Assembly (NCBI GenBank): GCA_013314755.1
Contig: JABUFA010000018.1
Span: 1,472-65,471 of the forward strand
Source: Chthonomonadia bacterium
GTDB taxonomy: Bacteria; Armatimonadota; HRBIN16
Direction: 5' to 3'
Length of the DNA: 64,000 nucleotides
This document shows, piece by piece, positions 56,967-64,000 of the stretch. The notes beneath the pieces were generated by a model that was not told the DNA's origin, did no database searches, and saw only the letters and a program-made list of their open reading frames with translations. Made by a program: the position numbers and the translations under genes. The first letter of the stretch is position 1. The number at the start of each line of letters is the position of its first letter.

Positions 56967-57869
56967 ATGAGATACTGGACAATCGTGCTGTGCGCTCTTG
57001 TCTGCGGGGCTGCCTTTGCGCAGACAGCTCCCAAAACGAGCCAGATGGTCGGTCTGGTGGAGAAAGTCGGAGACAAGGGCAAGATCGACTGGCAGTACGG
57101 GGTTATCTACGGTAAGGGGGTGGGTGCTATCCCCACCAACGAACCCAACAAGGCGAAGGCATACCTGAAGGCGCGCCGTTACGCCGTGATGACCGCGCTG
57201 GAGAACCTGTTGATGGTCACCGATAAAGTGCGCGTGGACGCGACCGCCTATGCAGAGGACTTCGAGGCGAAGAGTGAGCGCATTCGCACAGAGGTGCGCG
57301 GCTTCGTGAAGGGCGCTGAGGTGATAAACGAACGAACCATCACTCTTAACGGTGCGCCCGCGGTCGAGGTGACCATGGCGGTACGGATGTACGGCGATGA
57401 AGGGTTAAGCCGAATCCTGATACCCGAGGTGGCGGCGCAGTCTTCTACACCAAGCACCCTGCCTGTGGTTACGAAACCCGTTGCCAAATCCGCTCCTGCG
57501 CCTGCCCCACCACAGGAGACGAGTAACGCCTATACCAGCGTGATTATCGACACACGTGGGTTAGGCGTTCGCCCTGCGATGAGTCCCAAAATCCGCCGGC
57601 AGGACGGCAGTGAGGTATGGGGCACGGTCGGTGCCAGTTACGACTTCGTGATCGAACAGGGCATCGTGGTGTACGCCAAGACCCTCGAGGAGGCGAAGGC
57701 GCACAGGCGTGCAGGAAGCAATCCGCTGATACTGCGGGCGATTGGGTACGCGAAAACGCCCGGACGCTGTGACCCGGTGCTCTCCGATAACGATGTGCGC
57801 CTGCTGTTGACGGCAAACGACAACTCAGGCTTCCTGAACGAGTATCGGGTGATATTCGTGATAGATTAG
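56967..57869 (+). CDS. secreted LPP20-like protein with the shared C-terminal domain
   Basis: Signal peptide MRYWTIVLCALVCGAAFA with a GGAAGGAG SD. N-terminal KAKAYLKARRYAVMTALENLLMV. C-terminal domain ending RVIFVID, homologous to the C-terminus of the 54550 gene. Confidence 0.5.
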   Translation: MRYWTIVLCALVCGAAFAQTAPKTSQMVGLVEKVGDKGKIDWQYGVIYGKGVGAIPTNEPNKAKAYLKARRYAVMTALENLLMVTDKVRVDATAYAEDFEAKSERIRTEVRGFVKGAEVINERTITLNGAPAVEVTMAVRMYGDEGLSRILIPEVAAQSSTPSTLPVVTKPVAKSAPAPAPPQETSNAYTSVIIDTRGLGVRPAMSPKIRRQDGSEVWGTVGASYDFVIEQGIVVYAKTLEEAKAHRRAGSNPLILRAIGYAKTPGRCDPVLSDNDVRLLLTANDNSGFLNEYRVIFVID

Positions 57870-58138
57870 TATCGGTTCACAATCCCACAGCCCCCTCCCG
57901 GTGGGAGGTATCCTGTCTGGCGAGAGGGCTGTGGGCACTCCTGGTGATGGGATAAAGAACGGGTGCTCTATTCTGGTGTTTGCCCTTTCAGGCGCCTCAG
58001 CTCTTCCTCCAGACCCTGGGAGTCTGCGTGACAGCCATTTACCTCACCTCATCCCTATTATACCCGAAGGCAAGAGGAAGCTCCTTCGCTGATAGCCAAA
58101 GAAATCAAGGTGTAAACATTCTGCAGGAGGAGCATAGG

Positions 58139-59209
58139 ATGGCAGAATTCCGAGTGGGTTTTATCGGCACAGGGCGCAAACCCGAGCGTGCTGGTCCGAT
58201 GGGTTATGCAATGGCATATGCGCACGCCGATGCTTATAAGCTTCTGTCTGATTGCAAGCTGGTGGCGTGCGCCGATATCGTCGAGGAGAACGCGCGTGCC
58301 TTCGCGCAAGCTTACGGTATCTCTGCTGTGTACACCAGCCATCGAGAGATGCTGGAAAAGGAGCAGCTGGACATTGTGAGCATCTGCACCTGGCCCATGA
58401 CACACGCGGAGCTGGTGATAGATTGCGCGGTGGCGGGTGTCAAGGCGATCCACTGCGAGAAGCCGATGGACTACACCTGGGGCGCGGCACGTCTGATGGC
58501 GCAGGAGTGCGAGCGGCGCGGCGTCAGGCTGACATTCAATCACCAGCGACGGTTTGGCAAGCCGTTCCGCATGGCGAAGCAGATTCTGGATGAAGGGGTG
58601 ATCGGAGAACTGCTTCGCGTGGAGTTCGGCGCAGGCAACCTCTACGACTACGGCTCCCATAACTTTGACATGTGCAACTACTTCAATAACGAGACCCTCG
58701 CCGAGTGGGTGATTGCACAGATTGACTATCGCACCGAGAATCTGGTTTTCGGCACGCACAACGAGAACCAGGCATATGCCCTGTGGAAGTACCGCAACGG
58801 CGTGTGGGGTGTGGCTTCCACAGGAGCGGGCGCCAGATTGATAGGGGCACACCACCGCATCATCGGCAGTGATGGGCTGATAGAGATTGGCAGTATGGAG
58901 CCGGGTGCGCCCGTTCTGCGCTACCGTCGGTTTGGGAAAGGCGAATGGGAAGTGGTGGACTGCGGCAACGAGGGCTTGCACGGACCGGGCTACATTGAGC
59001 GGGCAATTGCCGACATCGTGACCGCCCTGCGAGAAGGAGGCGAGTCGGAACTGTGCGCCCGCAACGCGCTCAACGCCACCGAAATCATCTTCGCCTGCTA
59101 CGAGTCGGTGCGACGGCGAGGACGGGTGGAACTGCCGCTGACCATTACCGACAACCCTCTGGTTGACCTGGTGGAACGGGGAGAGATCAAACCCGCTCCG
59201 AAGGGATAA
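58139..59209 (+). CDS. Gfo/Idh/MocA family oxidoreductase
   Basis: Start at the ATG at 58139 with a GGAGGAG SD. Rossmann motif FRVGFIGTGRKPERAG...ACADIVEENA and a Gfo/Idh/MocA C-domain. Confidence 0.8.
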   Translation: MAEFRVGFIGTGRKPERAGPMGYAMAYAHADAYKLLSDCKLVACADIVEENARAFAQAYGISAVYTSHREMLEKEQLDIVSICTWPMTHAELVIDCAVAGVKAIHCEKPMDYTWGAARLMAQECERRGVRLTFNHQRRFGKPFRMAKQILDEGVIGELLRVEFGAGNLYDYGSHNFDMCNYFNNETLAEWVIAQIDYRTENLVFGTHNENQAYALWKYRNGVWGVASTGAGARLIGAHHRIIGSDGLIEIGSMEPGAPVLRYRRFGKGEWEVVDCGNEGLHGPGYIERAIADIVTALREGGESELCARNALNATEIIFACYESVRRRGRVELPLTITDNPLVDLVERGEIKPAPKG

Positions 59210-59265
59210 AGACCGCAGGTGGAGGGCAAATGTCTCCGGGCATCAACTTGCGGGGGAGGGAAGAA

Positions 59266-62200
59266 ATGCGAACACTGGTGACAGCGCTGACCGCTATTCT
59301 CCTGCTCAGTCTGTCCTGCAGTGCGCAGGCTCTCTGGCACACAGACCTGTGGGGTGGATCCGCCGGCTACTGGCGATTACGTGTACCGGTGCTGGTGCAA
59401 AATCGCTCATCGTCCGATGTCAAAGGCTATGTCCTGAATCTGCGCATCGGTGACGGGGAAGGGGAACTGCCTCTGGCGGGTCAACCACAGGAGAAACTGC
59501 GCATCTGCAACTCGCAGGGCACAGAGTTCCTGTATGAGGTCATTTCATCGGGACGAGCGTCTGCTGTCCTGCGCAAAGGCGACGAGATTCGGTTTGCCGT
59601 GGATGTGCCTGCGAACGGGCGAGAGACCTACTATGTGTACACAGGCAACCCCGTCGCTCTGCCCGGAGACAGCCTCCCACTCCGCGCTTCTCTGCGCAAC
59701 GGCGGATTCGAAGAGGGACAACGGTCGCCTGCTCACTGGAGCGCCGGGCTAACTTCGCCTCAGCATCTGGCACAGTACCGACGTCAGGAGGGCAGAAACG
59801 GAAGCGCGTGCGTTTACCATCGGGTGGTGCAGGGGGCACCGCCGGCATGGGTGCAGTGGTCGCAGGCAAACATTCTGGTAACGCCCGGAAGGCGCTATAT
59901 CCTGCGTGGATGGGTGCGCGCACGCAACACAAAGGGACAGGTGGGCTACTATGTGCACGTAAACGGCGTTCGTCCCCAGATGGTAAACATCGTTCAGAGC
60001 GCGGGAGAGGGAACTTACGACTGGAGACAGGTGGAGATTCGCTTCGAGGTTCCGCCAGGCGGGCAGACCGCGACCGTGGGCACGGTGCTCTATGGTGAAG
60101 GCGAGGCGTGGTACGACGATGTGAGTTTGGAAGCGGAAGGAGATGGCGCTTCTGCTCCCGTTCGCTGGCAGGTGCTTCCCCTGGAAGAGAGGCGCTTGAA
60201 ACCCATTCTCGCCCGGCACGATGTGTGGGACAAGACGTGGCTGGTGCGTGCGTCGGTGCTGGTGCGAAACTTCGAGCCGGATGCGGTTCAGCGGGCGGTC
60301 ACCATCTCCCTCCCCCGCGCGGTGCATATGGTCAGGCGCCTGGCGGGAATCGTGCAAACACCCTTGCGTGTGCAGGTGGTTGACCCCCAGAGCGGTCGTA
60401 CGCTGCCTGCTACATGGATCGGGGACACCCTGTGCTTCGAGGCACGTCTGCAACCGCTCAGTGAGCATCGCTTCGACGTGTATCTCTCCCGTGAACAGGC
60501 GGGCAAAGAATCGCTGGATAATTACCAGAAGCTGCTGCACAGCCCGGCGAATATGGCGCGGGAAGGCGATTTCGAATCGCGCGAGCGCGTTTTTGAACTG
60601 TGGTCACCGGGCGGCGAGGCAACGGGTGCTCAGGGTTTTACCGCAGAGGTGGTGTCGCCCGGCAGGTTCGGCAAGAACGCACTTCGCCTGCACGTGCCGC
60701 CGGAGCGACAACCCGACTGGCTGGGCTGGCGTTTACTCAACGTGCCGGTCCGACCAAACACGCGCTACCTGTACACCGCCTGGGTGAAGACGCAGGGCAT
60801 CACCGGCGGCACGGTGGACATTCACGGGCATTTCAAGGCAGCGGACAACAGCCTTGCTAAAGGTGCACAGTTCTTCTCCAGCGGAAGAAGGTTGTCGGGA
60901 GATAGCGACTGGACGCTTTGCAGTGCCGAGGTGGTCACGCCAGCGGACGCGCACCACGTGGAACTGCACCTGACAATGAACACGCACGGCACGCTGTGGC
61001 ACGACGGCGTCATCTTCATGCCGGTGGAGCAGGGCGTTGTGTTGCGTGTGGAGGCGAACCCCGCGCTGTTGCCTCGTGACGCGCTGTCGGTGTGGCAGGT
61101 CAACCCGCTGGTGAAAGTATTCCCTGACGACCCGCCCCGCCCGACGAGCAAGCAGGTGGCTATCGCGTGCGCCCGCAACGAGTGGGAGCCTCTGCAAATC
61201 GCCCTGTGGAGCAGTAAGCCTCTGCAGAAGGTCAGCATTCGCATTTCACCGCTGAGACACGCCTCTGGAGCCACTCTGCCGCCACCGCGTCTGTACCGTG
61301 TGCTGACAGTTCCTGTGGATATTCCAACCAACTACTACGTGAGCCGCCTTCCGCAATACTGCCGACACGTGCCGCGCGGCGCCCCGTCCTGCGACGGCTG
61401 GGCAGGGGAGTGGCCCGACCCGCTGATGCAGGGAGATACGTTTGACCTACCAGCCCGGCGCACGCAGGTTGTGTGGATAGATTGCTATGTGCCCCAGGGT
61501 GCACCTGCGGGAGAATATCGTGGTACGCTTGCGGTGCTGGCTGGGCAGAAGCAGCTGGTGCAGATACCCCTGCGCGTGACCGTGTGGAACTTCATCCTGC
61601 CGAAGAGGAGCCACCTGCGTATTGTATACGACCTGCGCTCGGGACCCGGCTGGGATGTGACGGACGGTGAGCGGACGGAGACGCTCAGGCAGTGGTATCG
61701 GCTGATGGCGGAACACCGGGTGAACCCTGATGTGGTGCTTCCCATGCCCGAGTTCCGGGTGGAGGGAGGGCAGATAGTCATGGACGCCTCCCGCTTCGAG
61801 CCGATGGCACGATACGCTTTTGACGAGCTTGGGTTCAACCACTGCTACACACCGTGGGTCTTCTACGCGCTGGGGTGGGCGTATCCGCTTGCACCGAAGT
61901 TCGGTTTTGCGCCGCGCACCCTGGAGTACGAGAAGACTCTGCGCGAGGCGTACGCCCAGCTGGTGGACTATTTCACCCGCAACGGCTGGCGCGACAGGCT
62001 GATATATTACCTTTCCGACGAGCCGCACCTGAACAACCCGCAGGTCGTCGCCGACCTGCGATACTTCATCAGCATTATCAAACCCGTCGCGCCGGACGTG
62101 CCTATCTTTTCCAGTACGTGGTACCACTCGCCGGAGCTGGATGGATACCTGACCATGTGGGGCATCGGGCAGTTCGGTGGGTTCCCCGTGCAGAAGATGC

Positions 62201-62748
62201 GCGAGCGACGAGCAGCGGGCGACCGTTTGCTGTTCACGACCGACGGGCAGCAGGCTTTGGACACACCTTACCTCGCCACCGAACGGCTCCTGCCCCTGTA
62301 CTGCTTTGTCTACGACGTGGAGGGCTACGAGTTCTGGGGCTTCTCGTGGTGGACGCATAACCCCTGGCAGAAGGGCTGGCATCAGTACATTCTGCAGAGC
62401 GACCAGGGGCAGGATTTCTACTGGATACGCTACCCCAACGGCGACGGGTATCTGGCGTACCCTTCGCCGGCAGGGGGAACCGGTCCCGCCCCAAGCATCC
62501 GCCTGAAGGCAGTGCGTGAAGGCGCAGAGGACTACGAGTATTACCTGCTGTGGCAGGAGGCGGTGGAGCGTGCACGCCAGCGGGGACAGGACGTCTCTTC
62601 AGCCGAGGCACTGCGCCGGCAGATGGAATCGCTGGTGCCGATACCCAACGCCGGCGGACTGCGCTCGACGCAGATACTGCCTGACCCGGATGCGGTCTAC
62701 CGTCTGCGACAGGAGATAGCCCGACAGATTTTGCGGTGGCAGGAGTAA
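59266..62748 (+). CDS. secreted multi-domain carbohydrate-active protein with two CBM4/9-like modules and a DUF4091-like C-terminal domain
   Basis: Start MRTLVTALTAILLLSLSCSAQA with a GGGAGGG SD. CBM-like NGGFEEG...WYDDVSLE and REGDFES...WHDGVIF. C-terminal VTVWNFILPK region as in DUF4091 proteins. Confidence 0.6.
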   Translation: MRTLVTALTAILLLSLSCSAQALWHTDLWGGSAGYWRLRVPVLVQNRSSSDVKGYVLNLRIGDGEGELPLAGQPQEKLRICNSQGTEFLYEVISSGRASAVLRKGDEIRFAVDVPANGRETYYVYTGNPVALPGDSLPLRASLRNGGFEEGQRSPAHWSAGLTSPQHLAQYRRQEGRNGSACVYHRVVQGAPPAWVQWSQANILVTPGRRYILRGWVRARNTKGQVGYYVHVNGVRPQMVNIVQSAGEGTYDWRQVEIRFEVPPGGQTATVGTVLYGEGEAWYDDVSLEAEGDGASAPVRWQVLPLEERRLKPILARHDVWDKTWLVRASVLVRNFEPDAVQRAVTISLPRAVHMVRRLAGIVQTPLRVQVVDPQSGRTLPATWIGDTLCFEARLQPLSEHRFDVYLSREQAGKESLDNYQKLLHSPANMAREGDFESRERVFELWSPGGEATGAQGFTAEVVSPGRFGKNALRLHVPPERQPDWLGWRLLNVPVRPNTRYLYTAWVKTQGITGGTVDIHGHFKAADNSLAKGAQFFSSGRRLSGDSDWTLCSAEVVTPADAHHVELHLTMNTHGTLWHDGVIFMPVEQGVVLRVEANPALLPRDALSVWQVNPLVKVFPDDPPRPTSKQVAIACARNEWEPLQIALWSSKPLQKVSIRISPLRHASGATLPPPRLYRVLTVPVDIPTNYYVSRLPQYCRHVPRGAPSCDGWAGEWPDPLMQGDTFDLPARRTQVVWIDCYVPQGAPAGEYRGTLAVLAGQKQLVQIPLRVTVWNFILPKRSHLRIVYDLRSGPGWDVTDGERTETLRQWYRLMAEHRVNPDVVLPMPEFRVEGGQIVMDASRFEPMARYAFDELGFNHCYTPWVFYALGWAYPLAPKFGFAPRTLEYEKTLREAYAQLVDYFTRNGWRDRLIYYLSDEPHLNNPQVVADLRYFISIIKPVAPDVPIFSSTWYHSPELDGYLTMWGIGQFGGFPVQKMRERRAAGDRLLFTTDGQQALDTPYLATERLLPLYCFVYDVEGYEFWGFSWWTHNPWQKGWHQYILQSDQGQDFYWIRYPNGDGYLAYPSPAGGTGPAPSIRLKAVREGAEDYEYYLLWQEAVERARQRGQDVSSAEALRRQMESLVPIPNAGGLRSTQILPDPDAVYRLRQEIARQILRWQE

Positions 62749-62763
62749 CGGAAAGGAGGGACA

Positions 62764-64000
62764 GATGCAGGCGATTCAGGCACGTCTCGTCCTCTTCGCC
62801 GACAAGTCGCTCGGCAGGGTGAACCGCTGGATATTCGGCAACAACATGCTGGGCTATCAGAAGGGAGGCTGGCCCCACGCCGAGCCGGTGTACCACGACC
62901 GCGGGGCTGGCATCTGGGACCCCGAGCGAAGACGCCCTGTGCCTGAGATGGTCGCGCTGGCTCGCAACATCGGGCTGAGTGTGGCACGCTATCCCGGCGG
63001 ATGCGGAGTGCACCTTTTTGACTGGAAACGGACGGTGGGACCGCTGGAGGACCGCCCTGAACAGCAGTTCGGTTTGCCCGAGTTCCTGCGCTGTTGCGAG
63101 GCGATGGGGGCGATACCGCTCATCACCATTGCCGATTACTTCGGCACGGCGCAGGACGCCGCCGATATGGTGGAGTATCTGAACGCTCCAGCCGATGCCC
63201 GTCATTCCTGGGCGCAGGTCAGACGGCGCGACGGCAGAAGCCAGCCATGGAATGTCGTCTACTTTGAGTACGGCAACGAAACCGAGCATGGGGACCACCG
63301 CTCGCGCCGGATGAGCCCGCAGGAGTACGCGCGGAACTACTTGGAGTACCGCCGGGCGATGAAGGCAGTGGATAGCCGCATCAAGCTGGGAGCGGTGGTG
63401 GCGACGGGCTTTCCCAGACTGGACGAGTGGGCGCGTCCGGTGCTGAAAATTATCGGTAAAGAGGTGGACTTTGTCATCCATCACAGCTACCTTCCCACCT
63501 ACTATCGCGACGACGGCGTACCTCCTGCCGGGGAGTTGTTCGCACTCGCGCTTGCGTGCCCCGACCAGATACAGAGCTACTACGACGACCTGCGTCGTCT
63601 GCTTCGTGAAACCACCGGACGCGACAACGTGCCCATCGCCGTCACCGAGTTCAACGGGCATTTTGTGCAGGAGAAGCCGGTCCCTTACCGTCATACGCTG
63701 GGAAACGCCCTGCTGAACGCCGAGATGCTGAGGGTGTTCTTGAACCCGAAAAACCGTATCCTGATGGCGAACTTCTGGCAGTTCTGCAACGAATACTGGG
63801 GGGCGGTGAAGGGCTACGTGCACCTGGGCGAACCGCTGGTGAAGCGACCGCAGTATTATCCCTTCGAACTCTACCACCACCACTTTGGAGACGATCTGGT
63901 GGAAGCAAAGGTGGAATGTGCGCGGTTTGAAGTAGAGGGCGGTTATGGCGTCGCTCCAGCACGCGGGAAGGGGCATTCGGGAGGCGTAACAGGCGCACCG
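62764..64000 (+). CDS. glycoside hydrolase family 51 alpha-L-arabinofuranosidase, 3'-truncated by the window end
   Basis: GGAGGG SD and ATG at 62764. GH51 acid/base YFEYGNETE and nucleophile IAVTEFN. The ORF continues beyond 64000. Confidence 0.75.

Noticed and set aside
62234-63976. 580-aa minus-strand ORF antisense to the DUF4091 and GH51 genes
   Set aside because: Arg/Pro/Ala-rich, low-complexity translation typical of the antisense strand of a high-GC gene. The sense strand carries clear GH51 and CBM motifs and SD sequences.

Overview
This is a high-GC (roughly 60% or more) bacterial chromosomal window, densely coding, with no rRNA, tRNA, CRISPR array or obvious mobile element. The content is mostly cell-envelope, polysaccharide and secreted-protein genes. 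I call about 45 CDS, listed from 5' to 3':

- A truncated ABC solute-binding lipoprotein, an M42 peptidase, a Gfo/Idh/MocA oxidoreductase fused to a GNAT acetyltransferase, and a D-2-hydroxyacid dehydrogenase.
- A 653-aa polytopic membrane protein, a secreted heparinase II/III-like lyase, and a CBM+GH5 hydrolase.
- A roughly 420-bp intergenic array of direct and inverted repeats.
- A small divergent cluster: a leaderless membrane protein, a membrane-anchored protein with three tandem Ig-like repeats, and a secreted HExxH protein.
- FolE2, a GT4 transferase, a LolA-like protein, an S8 subtilase, Trm1, HemW, Fur with a candidate autoregulatory Fur box, and a DUF1003 protein.
- A 1153-aa single-polypeptide GH18-like + CE4 deacetylase + GT2 synthase, divergently paired with a tricorn-protease homolog.
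- A seven-gene exopolysaccharide operon on the minus strand: Wza, a Wzc-like BY-kinase, a priming sugar transferase, a UbiA/DPPR-synthase-like protein, GtrA, an exosortase and EpsI. Upstream of it sit a second S8 subtilase and a split transketolase.
- Two beta-propeller/secreted hypotheticals, and a HAD phosphatase interrupted by an in-frame TAG behind a consensus promoter.
- A 951-aa protein with an acidic, poly-Arg disordered N-terminus and a GH42-like body; a SAM methyltransferase; a DUF1559 prepilin-like protein preceded by an AT-rich promoter island; and a GH10 xylanase.
- A tightly packed four-gene operon of secreted CsgG/LpoB-like + SLH and LPP20-like proteins that share a novel C-terminal domain.
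- A second Gfo/Idh/MocA oxidoreductase, a large dual-CBM/DUF4091 protein and a truncated GH51 arabinofuranosidase.

Several near-consensus sigma70 promoters and hairpin terminators can be read directly from the sequence. The strongest candidates for something undescribed are the four-gene CsgG-like/LPP20-like/SLH envelope operon (53.5-57.9 kb), the all-in-one GH18-CE4-GT2 polysaccharide synthase next to the tricorn protease, the IDR-GH42-like protein, and the structured intergenic repeat array at 12.8-13.2 kb.

All homology calls come from reading motifs by eye; no database search was run. Motifs I located by hand (promoters, hairpins, the Fur box) may be off by about 1 nt. Many long antisense ORFs in the track are high-GC artefacts and were not called.
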